From Tubulanus polymorphus (Eukaryota; Animalia; Nemertea): a stretch of DNA of 64,000 nucleotides. The position numbers and the translations under genes were made by a program. The notes below the pieces were generated by a model, which was not told the origin of the DNA, searched no databases, and saw only the letters and a list, made by a program, of their open reading frames with translations. Location: the NCBI RefSeq assembly GCF_964204645.1, contig NC_134027.1, positions 2,760,485 through 2,824,484 of the forward strand, written 5' to 3'. Below are positions 1 through 11,210 of this stretch, piece by piece (the stretch's first letter is position 1; each line of letters opens with the position of its first letter).

Positions 1-695
1 AATGAAAAAATAACACCCATATACTGAAATACACGCAAAGAAAACAGCGCCGAATCTCGGAATGACAATACACGCGCTGCAGTTAAAGTGCCATAGGAAA
101 AAAACTAGGCAAGATATCTTAAAATTTCAAAGTTCACCTGAAAGGGGGCATTTATGCGCACAGTTCTCGAAATGCTTGGATTTTTTAGAAAATTATTTCT
201 GAAAATAACGAACTTCAAAGTTCAGTACCCTTGATTTCTATGCGCACGGCAAAAACTGACCACCGATTTTTATATCGCTCTCATGTCGCATTGTTGTAAA
301 TTTGAGAAATGATTTTTACATAACTGAAAACTAGAGATTCACGCGGTTTGAATGTTGCTGAAGTTGTCAAAATCCATCCATGGACAGATGAAATATGATA
401 CAACACGAATCACGGATAGTTTTTAAAAAATAGAAAAAAATGACCCAACAATACGGGACAAAAGTACCCTAACAAAATGGCGGCTAGCAACTGTAAAATG
501 GTTTATTTTGATGTCTCGTCAAACATATCCGACAAAATGTTATCGTTTCAAAGCGAAGGAACGTCTATTCTAAAATACCGACAACCTACGTGTAGTTATT
601 AATCACAGTCATTTTTCTGGTTGTCTGCAAATTTGATGTTTATTACTACTGGAAACAAAACATCACGAAAGGTATAAATAATCGCGAATTACTAC

Positions 696-910
696 CTCGA
701 ATAAAATATCTTTCACGATTTCGCTTCGGCAATCTACGATGAAATGCATTTCGCCACTTGTCTTTAGTTCTTTCAGCAACGAGTTATAATCGTGTTTATC
801 TGCACCAATACGCCGAGTCGTGATACGGTAACCATCTTGCCCCCGGACCCACTCATCTGATGTGTTTGCTTTCTTTTTATTTTTCAACAAAGAACTCAAC
901 AAAAATAGAC
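696..910 (-). CDS. Kainate-like ionotropic glutamate receptor, amino-terminal domain, third recognised exon (gene continues beyond window start)
   Basis: Acceptor ttattctag|GT at 911/910 and donor GAG|gtagta at 696/695; 215 nt, phase 1 to 0. Translates (G)LFLLSSLLK...YRITTRRIG...LLKELKTSGEMHFIVDCRSEIVKDILFE, matching GluK-type [10 protein letters not shown]...LLKEMKRGKEFHVIFDC (recalled from memory, not from a search). Confidence 0.9.
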
Positions 911-1004
911 CTAGAATAATGCATACGAGATATTGATAAGCTGTGAAGTTAGATGATTTTATATCCATATTCGAACGAAGCGTAAAGAGGCTTGGTTTGT
1001 TTAC

Positions 1005-1259
1005 CGTGGTTGTCCTCGTGGAGTATTGTAAATCTTCGCCATTTTAGATATTTCACAAGATCAACAAAAGCTGCGCCAAGTGTTTCACTGTCCGGATATA
1101 AGTTAATCGTATAAGAATGTCGTATTTTCTGGGTTTCAAGTCGTACGTTCAAATGAGGAACATTCATCACTTCACACATTGACCCGACGTGTCGCGCTGA
1201 TTCGCCGTTGTACATAGGTCCGATAATTGCGGCAATACCTTTACTAAACAACTCACAAG
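1005..1259 (-). CDS. Kainate-like ionotropic glutamate receptor, amino-terminal domain, second recognised exon
   Basis: Acceptor tttttgcag|CT at 1260/1259 and donor CACG|gtaaac at 1005/1004; 255 nt, phase 1 to 1. ACELFSKGIAAIIGP...SMCEVMNVPHL...INLYPD...AFVDLVKYLKWRRFTILHED matches GluK ACDQLSLGVAAIFGP/SICNALGVPHI/SLYPD/DLVQFFKW. Flanking introns are 85 and 94 nt. Confidence 0.93.
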
Positions 1260-1344
1260 CTGCAAAAATACTTTACGATAATGTATAATGTATTCATCCG
1301 ACAAGCTATCAAATAAGAAAGATGAAATACGTGTAATATAAAAC

Positions 1345-1503
1345 CTTTTCTAGCTGTTATAAAGCTGTTGTCATCTCTGGATATCTCCGCAATTTGTGCT
1401 CGTAGAGTTGTTTGGGGTAATACGTCCCGTCGTGAGTTCACATCTTCAATCGCTCGTCGGAAAACATCATTCTCCGTCTTAAAATTCTTCTCAAACAACC
1501 CGC
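1345..1503 (-). CDS. Kainate-like ionotropic glutamate receptor, amino-terminal domain, first recognised exon
   Basis: Acceptor aaaacag|GC at 1504/1503 and donor AAAG|gtttta at 1345/1344; 159 nt, phase 1 to 1. (G)GLFEKNFKTENDVFRRAIEDVNSRRDVLPQTTL...DNSFITARK matches the GluK start GGIF...[21 protein letters not shown]...DSFEASKK. Confidence 0.9.
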
Positions 1504-4366
1504 CTGTTTTATAATGAAGGTGTTATAACAGTTTCCTCATGAACTTGCCCTAAATCTCGTATACTTTCTTACGTTATAAACGTATTTGAATACTTATCAA
1601 AATGAAATCTGACCAATTTGAATATCGGCTGCCAATATCGATCCAATCCATAAAGCGGCAAATGATACGCATATACAACCACATCGGTATCCCAGCTTCA
1701 TCGTGTTAGATAATTTCTATGTAGCTCACCTATAGTTTTGAGAATTAGAAATCACTATGTGAACTGTATTTGTCTCCATTAGAATCAATGTATGCAGATT
1801 CATGGTGAAAAAAATTTACGGCCTCACAATTAACTAATTCATTGCGATTTTATACTTATCATAATAATTACTGTTCTTTTATACGTTTGCAAGAAAATAC
1901 ACAATCATTCTCACTTTCAATCGTTGCACAAGCGAGGTCATCAAATCAGGCGACATTTAGACCTAATAATTGATAACCAGGACAAAGCGCTACGTACCTC
2001 GAAAATCTTTTGATTTTAGTCTATTTTTAGCTATTTCGTTACTGTCAGATTCGTTTTTTTTTGTAAAATCTGAACAGTTTGTAGGGATATTTTGACGTTT
2101 AGTATGTTATTTATTGTATGTTCTGAGTACATTTTCCGGAATTCTCTTGTTAAGAAACAATTGTTAATATCCGTTACCATAACGAAGTATGTATATATTA
2201 CGAATGATACGTCGATTCGAATCGTTCGGGATATTTTTGAACAACGTGTACTCAATAACTCGATTATTGCTTTGTTTTTGTACTTTTGATCCCATACTGA
2301 CATCTCACCTACATTGCATCTATTTTTATGCTAAATTCACTTGAAACTTACGTGAAAAATGACATAAAGTTTCTTGAACTATCGATATAAGCAATATATG
2401 AGTGTCTTACCTAAAACTGAAATAGAATGTGAAATTTTTTAGTTTAATTTGATTGATATAGCAATAATGAAATTTGTGACATACGAGAAAATATCAACTT
2501 TCGAATGATCTTTATAATATAATATATGGATACAAGATTCAGTAGATTCATACAAGATTAAGATTAGCAGTTTGAAATATAAAAATAAGTTGAATTAAGT
2601 TAAATAGATGAGAAAAACGACCATTACAATCTATGGAAAAAATATTAACCAATTATTTTCCTTTTTTCTTACCACGAACTTAGTCACTTTGATTAACAAA
2701 GATGATTCCAGCTAAAATCTATCTGAGATTAAAAGTGCTTAAAAACTGTTTCAGTTTTTTAGAACTAACCTTCAACGCTGAAAGGTATAAAAATCCTACA
2801 AACAGGTTGATGCGTTGACGTGAAATGGAGGTGGGTTTACAGTTTGCAGCGATGTTTCTTCAGAAGTATACACTTCAATAAGTGCAAGTGATTCCCTCGT
2901 ATGTATTTTGCCATACGTGCAAATTATTGGAAAACGGCAAATTTCCTATTTTCTGCAAAATATCTATTACTGAAGGCAGTAATAGATAATTTAATCTGAA
3001 TTGCATATGAAGTAAACCTAATTTCATAATGAATAGAACATTAACATGAAGTGTAACTGGAAACGTAAATTCTCGTTTTTATGAACTTCTACTAATTGAA
3101 ATACCACAGAGGCTGGTTGAATCAGACTGTCTTTCGCTTGTCATCACATATCATCAAAAACCATTTATCGCTGCTTTGCAGCTACAATCATTTAATAATT
3201 TGTTAGATTAAAGACTGTCACCACTGAACGATTTACAGAACTTTAATGTGCATCTGTCTTGACAAGATTTTGTAGATTATGCAGTCTACTAACTGATTAA
3301 GTTATCTAGTAACTCTTATCTAACTGGTTTGATATAAATTTCAGCATTCCCTGACCAGTACCAGTTAGTATACACCATTATTACACCACATTTAAGTTAG
3401 AATAAACTTAAGTTGAGTCTAAATTCGTTGTTAGTGTCGTTTCATTGGTGAGTTTTGACCATGGCCGTATCATTTTTGAAGCAGGTGATTATGTAAGCTT
3501 ACAGATGAAGTTAAAGACGACTGTCAGATGTTTTCTTTTCTAGGTATTCAGAGTCGCAGATTTTGTGTCGCAAAACGTTACCAGATGGAAATATTCTAAT
3601 CAATTGTTCAGGTCTCATGTGGATTCATCATTTCGATTTATTTCTCATTTACGTAAGTGGATACCGATTGATTGTCACGGCGATCTATCATAACCTCGAT
3701 TGTTACACGTATGATCCGTCACATATGTATAATTCCTTTTTCAACTGAATGCAAATTGGAAAATTCTACCAACATTAGTTTTGTGAGAACCATTTAACGA
3801 ATATGTATGTGTAAATATAATGGAAGATGATGCATGCAAGGTCTTTAAAGAATACTAGAAGAAAATGCGAAATGAGCAATGCTAATAGTTTCAAGATGAC
3901 TCGCTAGTCGAGCGATTGAATAAGACGTTAGTTTAGAGGTGGCGATCATCACACACGCGTCCGTTACGTGTTGTACGGTAACAACACTAGAACTTGAAAG
4001 CTATCAACTCAAACAGTTCTCAACTTGACCACAAAAAGTAGATGGATATACTTGATCAGTACGAAAAGTAAAACTACGAACAGGTGGAAGAGAAACATTT
4101 TTTTTAAACGGTGACTTGAATGAGGTAAGATGGGTTTTGCATCCATTATCTAACCTGTATATACTTAATTCTTAAAGTGAATTTTTGCGAAGTGTTATGT
4201 ATCTATATATTAAGCCGATGCATGGATATTGATATTAAATGTTGTAAGACGACTGGCATCAACTATTAACAGCTTTCATTGACTTAACAGTTGGCCGACT
4301 AAACATGTGTTACAGAGCATCGATCCTGGAATATTTTCACCATTCATAAATCAGTTTTTGCTCTCG

Positions 4367-4414
4367 CATATCTCATATCTCATATCTCATATCTCATATC
4401 TCATAACTCATATC
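4367..4414. repeat. (CATATCT)n heptanucleotide tandem repeat, about 7 copies
   Basis: Five perfect CATATCT units, one CATAACT and a partial CATATC read directly. Confidence 0.95.
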
Positions 4415-7400
4415 GATAATATTGATAGATCATATTTTTTGATAAACCAGAGATTATCACAAACAAGATTGACTGATAAGAATGGAAAATTGTTTTTCGC
4501 CAGGGACCTTTCTAGACATCCATCTAGCTGGTTTTGACTGCCCAAAATACTTGGAATCCTACTTAAACAATTAATAGTACTTATGTCGAAAACGGCGGAA
4601 GACGAGTTCTTTTTAACGGATTGGTTTAACTCGTTCATTGGGGGTATTAAGTCATTCGTTATATTTTACATGATAAACAAAATAAAATCGCTTGCTCCAC
4701 AAATACCAATAAATATCGGCAAGAGCTTCTGAAACTGACAACAGCGATGACTGATTTTGTATCCAGAGATACATTAGCAAGTTATGAAGATGTTGCATAT
4801 ACTGACATGGTTATGTACAATGCTGGCCAGATATATTTACACATCGGAAATATTTGCCGTTAGAAATGTTTACTTTAAGGCAAATTATCTGCAACTTCAT
4901 TAATACTCCGTCATGCCCAGCAGCAGCCATTTTGAACGAAGCCCAGAACGGAAATAGGTTATTACTAAACCCAGAATATCAGAATAACTTATCTGACATT
5001 TTCTTTCGTGGAAGATCTACGTTTGAACAAGTGTTCAATAGCGTGACCTGCCGTCGTAAAGATAAGGGTTCAATATTGCAGATTCCAGATCAGGACAAAC
5101 TATTAAATGCATCTGTTACAAGCACTTTGACGTAAGTACTAATATCAACATGGTCCCCCTAATATATCTTATTTTCGCTAATATCGTGTATATCGTAAAC
5201 GTCGAAATGCACTTATCTAATTCCGACGTGCTGTTACCGATATACACCATACAATCGACTCGTTACGAATAACCTTCGGCAACTAAACGTATAATAAAAT
5301 GAATTATAACTCGGCGACCAGTTGATAAAGTGTGGTACATTAAGACATGGTCAGGCTCACGACGATAGATTGGCTCGCGAATGAATTTCTGCTTATTTTG
5401 ACGACGGCGCGAAAGATTTGATTAATCTCGTGGTGAGGGAGATAATTGAACATGTGTCCTGAATTTCATGGTTACATCGTACGTAACTGTCGCGGTACTA
5501 GGTAATCATCAAATCTTACTACAGAAAAACAAGGATTGCAGTTTATGCACCGAATGAAGAACGTCCTCAAAACTTTTTATTCTGTTGTCGTAGTGGCCGG
5601 ATGAATTATGTAGATTCTGTAGCGTAAATCAGATTAAGACTGAATGGCTTTAGGTTATCGACGTTTCTCCTCATGTCACCAAGAACAAGTCATCGGTCCG
5701 TTTATATTCGGGGTAACCACATGTTTCATTGGCACTGACCGAGAAGATTAATGACATTAACTTCATCTCAGTCATTCGGTCTTAAGCAAAATACGCATCA
5801 TTGAACATGTAGCGAAAACCGAATATTGTACTTTATTTACCCTGGCACACTTAACGATTCCAGCATTAGATTTAAATGATGAAAAAGAAGGTTTCATTAG
5901 GGATACATGAGGTTGAAATGTCAGTGTACACAAAGCCGTCTAGATACACATTTTATGGCTGATGAAAACATGTTATTAGTTCGTAATCGTGACAACTAAA
6001 ACGTCGCGAATGTAGATTAGTAATCCCTATATTCGGGCGTCACCAAAAACATGCGGAAATTGCTATAAGTACCTAATCAAAGTCTACATGTCTCATAGTA
6101 TTTCATGTCTATGTTGAATATAGAGGAACAGTATCAAACGATATATATTTGATCTGCGTATAACGGAATTGAAATAACACAGACAGTTTTTATTGTAATA
6201 TGACGTAATGAATTGTAGGCGAGTGACGAGCTAGTCGACGTCAGAGTACTGTAACCTCACAGTCGGAATACAGTGTGTCTGGCCCGAGGGATTAATAATA
6301 CCCGAACAAACGTCTCCTCAGCTCCCAGCTTCACCTCAATAAATACATGTGTGAAGCTATCGATTTGTTTTTATTGGGTGGTAAGATTACGACAGAATTT
6401 TATGACATTTTTATGTTTTGACTCCGCCAGTTGATCATTGAAGTGACTTATTAAGAGGTCATGCAGTTCGTGTATAGAATAACGATGTGTCCTATCGCGT
6501 GGTGAGCATTTGCGAAAGTCGCTCGTGAAAAACCGATTGAAATTCCGTAGAAGCCGGTTTTCAAAAGATTGCTTCAGATGAACATTGTTCTCGCCCAGGC
6601 TATACATATCTACAATAGTTAGTCTACGGCTCTGATGGATAGAATTGTCAACTCATATTTGAAATAAATTTCATCGCATTACTAATTGACTAACACTCTG
6701 ACACGGCATATACCAAAGAGGTTTTCTAAGCACCACAATATGACCACTTTAATGCGGTCCACTTTTTTCAGCATTAGCTGCGGCTTCGGAAGCGTTATTC
6801 ATTTGTAGAGATACTTCTAGAGCCCTTGGTAGGTGGTATAATTTAAGAGGTTGTTCCCTACGATTTTCTGATTCTTAAACCAGAAAAGTACCAATTATCT
6901 GGCAACCTAATCATTCCCATCTATTGATTCACAAAAAGTCGCCTCAAAAAAATTCACTCACAGGCGCGATATTAACTCCGAAACTAATTCCTCGTGATAC
7001 TACTATTCATTACCATTCATGATATTCGGCTTATTAGAGATGCCTATGCACTCTAAATGTCTTCATGTCTCATTTTATCAATATCGTGTATCGTATTAAT
7101 TATTTCGTTGTTTTTTTGGTTACAGTCACCACTTGGCTCGATCCAAAGTTGTTACAGTCCGTGGGCTCTGCGACTGCACTCTCACTTATTTATGTAAACT
7201 TGCATCATATTTCTTTCATTCCATTATTATCTTTAAGTCAAAAATAAAATATTATCATAAATGGCATCTTCATGAAAATATCAATTACAAGAGAAAGTTG
7301 GTTCGCGAGGTGGCGATCACATGTCTGTGCCATGAAGGAATTATTTGAGGTATGATTGTGGGTCCCTCGATCGCACCTCCCTGATATCACCATCATCATT

Positions 7401-10400
7401 AACTAACCGATAATGAAACATGCCCATTTCACATTCTCAGAGTTACAGTTTTCATCTTTCCTGTCATGCATAATTGCATATCAAGACTTCAAGAGCTTCA
7501 ATTAATTTGCGACAAACACGTTATGTATATTCCAGACTAACTTAAGTAGCAGAACTCAAAAAGTCGGCACCACGTACAATGTTGCATCACAAATGATGTG
7601 AGATAGTGAGAATGGTTTTGTAGGAAGCGTTTGTCACTAATTGATAATCAAAAACCTGTCGAGCTCATTGTTATGCAGTCTGACATTCCCAACTTTCGAG
7701 TAAGCGCTTGTTGAACGGTCGTTGCTTTTACCGACTGTAACACATGTGAAGTTAAGTGATAGTTTTAGTATGAAATGGTGTTAATGAAGATGCAAGATGA
7801 CCTCGGTTCTTGACTCCGAGGGTATATATGTATTCACGTATACGTCTATTTGGTATTCATTGGAATCGGAATGCTGCACCAGAGCAAATACTTGTTATCT
7901 CGTGTTGTCATCCTCGATGGAGTTTAAACACCGAAATCTCGACAATCGACTTATTACTTATGTGGTATATATAACACTAGCTGCAATCGGATTTCCACTC
8001 GCAGATGAGAGGAACGTCAACCAGATTCCAAAAGGGTTATGATTACCGGGCTATGAGTGAGGGTTGTATGGGTCACCGATATTCTGAAGGATAGAAACTA
8101 CGCATCGGATTGTATGCAATTACTCTGCTGATCTTCTCGAAAATATCTACGGCGATAACAGTTTTGCTGTCGATGAAATGATTTTCTTTTTCACTGGTAA
8201 AAATTGAGCGGCGCCACTTGATCCGATGTTCTTATATTCAGATATAGACAATGAGTCTGGCTGGAGTCTGGCTGGAGTATTATCTGTTGAATTAATGAAT
8301 AATCGTGACGACTCGGATAATCTGCAACAATTACCGCGTACAAACACAGCGGTTGCGAAATGACAATCTATCGTTTCCTTTAATTTGTTTAATGCGTCGT
8401 CCATTTTGTAATCATTCGTGTGTCGACGAGAAACACGCAGCTCTCGAGTTCCAAGTTCAATCCATTTTCACACGACTAGTTGTACTTTCTACTTTCTTCT
8501 ATTCAAGTGAGCGATCATCAAAGTTATTTAGTTGAAAGCCGATGATGAATTTGTAATTACAGATGTGTTTGATATTTTCCCACTTTAAGAGGATTATCAA
8601 AATCTGGATGAAATTCGAAATAAAGAATAATGATGATAATTTCTTTCAAGGTGATGAAACTTTTTGATGAGCTGCATCAGCCAAGATTAATACGACTCCA
8701 TCTACGTTTAGTTTCGATGTAGCCTTGGCTTTGCATTGACAAATGCAGTCATCTCTCATCTTGTAAAATTACACATAAAACACATGATGCACAATGACAA
8801 CGATCATCAAACAGTCTTTTGATTAGACAGTTTCCATGTACAATTACAAGGTTTCAACATATCGTGCTGTACCGTTATTTTCTATAACGTCATTTCCATT
8901 TACGTTATCATTAACCAACGTATACGATAGAGAGGGCATGCCCAAAGTTCTTTCGAAAATCCCTTTTGAACGTTCTAACGAAACGCCTCCACCTTCTACA
9001 GCGAAAGAAAATGAAAAAAGAGTTACAAGACGTTGAATTCGAGCACTTCAAAGATGATTCCAAATTGAAATCGACATCGCACGAATCTGACCAGGAAATA
9101 GGCTTACTTCCACTTACGAAAGCTATTATCATTTGCAGACTCGGAATTCCAAAATCCGATTCACGCTTTACGCACTAACAATTTACGTTTTCAGTAAGAA
9201 GCCTGTGGTATAATATACGTAGATTGACAGGTGAAACTATAGACTCCTGCCGTGTACCCTGAAACCTTTAATAATAACAGCTGTTATTGGTAACGGTAAT
9301 GAACGAATTGGCCTTGAATTGTTCTACTACTGTTAATGATGATCATTCTTTGGTGCAAACCTCAAGAGACGCTCATTAAGCTCCCGCTATTTCAAGAATT
9401 CGAAATCTGAAAACTCTAGGTTTTTCGCGTTGCGCAAGGAATTCAATTCAGTTCAATTCACAAGGAATGATGGTTTCCACTATCGTTTATATCGTTACCA
9501 TACGCAGTAGGTCTATACTGGCAACTCATTACCATCATTTGAGAATCAACAGATTCAGCAATCGCCGTTTCTCTTTATTATCAGCCATCATCAAAATTCT
9601 GAAACGCGACGTGTACATTGTTTCGGGATAAACTGAACGGCGGCCATTACAATGTAAGATGTTTTAATGGTAGTGGTAATGGTGAACTGAACAGTAGCGC
9701 TGAGATAGATTCTTAATGGAACATTCGACACATTAATATGTTCTCATTAAAGCAGGCATAAATTGTCGGCAGTGGACGGCGAGAATCGAACCGATCTAAT
9801 CTACAGATTTATCATCGCGATTAGTCTCGCGTTTAGCAAATGTCTTTGGTCTAACCGTAGACGACGGCACATCCGTATTGATTACGACGAGGTCGATATC
9901 ACCAAGCAGACCTCTGTAAACATTTTATAAACTTAACCCGCGCGACTGAAGAGATATGTGAAATATTTCCACCAAAGCCACGCAAACGGGGTTCAATTCG
10001 TGCTCGTACACACATTTTGCTAATGTCGCATATTATTGATTCTGCAACGGTGAATCTGCCCGAATTGACCGGAAGATGGATTTTAGACTCGCAGCTACAA
10101 ATAACACGATAGCTATTCTTAACGATCAAAATTCCACATTCAGAAGATGCACGTAATGACAATATAATCGACGTTCCAAAAAATGGGCCAGAGTGTACGA
10201 AGTTTGGCGACCGACATCCAACGAAGTAAAAGCTAATATAAATTTAGTACGTGTTTTTATCACAAAAAAAAAAAAACTAGATCAAGAAACCAACTGGTGC
10301 GTGAACTTTAATTAGGAAGAATCTTTAATTGAATTCGAACGTAATTAGTAGGCTGTTAGAATCGGTTGAAGACTTAAGCGCGTGTATAATTTGCCTTGGT

Positions 10401-11134
10401 CCCGAATTCCGAGAGAAAATTTGATATCGTTTTATTAGACTATGTGCATTGGTTGCTTTGATGTAGCGCTCAGAGTCGGGATCGTAAATCCATGTTATAT
10501 CAGTTGCCGGCAGCGTTAGTTCTATTCGGTTGATTATGGTGGAAAAACAATGTTAACGAAATCCTGGTCGCAGAGTAATAGAAAGATGACCGTGGGCTGT
10601 TTCGTGTTCGTGCAGACTTCGAAGCAAGGTTGCGTTTAAGCTAATGACATTAATTGTAGCCTTTAAATACTTTACCGATTTTTCCTTTAATTTTCTATCA
10701 TATGTTACACGCTCCCACACTTTTATCGATTGTGGTTGAGGGGTATAGAAAATCCAGCCGCGGCACATCGATATATATCCAGTGGCTTAGGGCGGTATTT
10801 CATGACTTGCAAATACTTCAAAAAACAGACTAAGCGCGCTCTGCCAATGAATAATTGAAACGTATCGGTAGTCTCCCATGTGAAGACTTGTCACTATTCC
10901 AAGCACCGGTAAATAAAAGTTTAATCGAGTATACCGGAAATCCAGCTCCCAAACTAGTGACGTAGTAACAGTGTCTGTTCTACCGTAACGAAGAGGCATT
11001 ACGATACTTTCAATCAATCACTTCATATTCGGTCCGAATTAATTCTTCTCCGGGTAAATTTAAGTGATTTTGTTTTCGTGTAAGATCCTCATTTATCCGT
11101 TTTGATCTGAGAATCCATATATCGGGTGATTTGA

Positions 11135-11210
11135 GTAACACTCGAAAGGTCAAGAGCGTTTTTACTTATTAATCTCGTTAAGCCAGTGTCCATATGGGTT
11201 CGAATCCTCC
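11135..11210 (+). pseudogene. Degenerate tRNA-like sequence (tRNA-Leu-like pseudogene or SINE head)
   Basis: Perfect B-box GGTTCGAATCC at 11197-11207, preceded by cgaaaggtcaagagcgtt...actta...tgtcc. This resembles the D-loop, anticodon and long variable-arm layout of tRNA-Leu, but the stems do not pair properly. Confidence 0.35.

Noticed and set aside
1730-1803. Minus-strand ATG exon MNLHTLILMETNTVHIVISNSQNY with a strong donor AG|gtgagc, as the iGluR first exon
   Set aside because: It ends in phase 2, and splicing to the phase-1 acceptor at 1503 gives a stop within 4 codons. The phase-1 frame contains TGA, and the peptide is not a signal peptide.
3936-7379. Shared 13-mer GAGGTGGCGATCA at 3936 and 7307, with a near-inverse at 7369
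   Set aside because: Many 13-mer matches are expected by chance in 64 kb, and there is no flanking similarity.
8253-8278. 11-bp tandem duplication (GAGTCTGGCTG)x2; similar 9-bp duplication at 34711-34735
   Set aside because: Ordinary slippage duplications with no further signal.
8836-9178. Overlapping hydrophilic ORFs (MPKVLSKIPF..., MKKELQDVEF...)
   Set aside because: No family motif or convincing splice framing.
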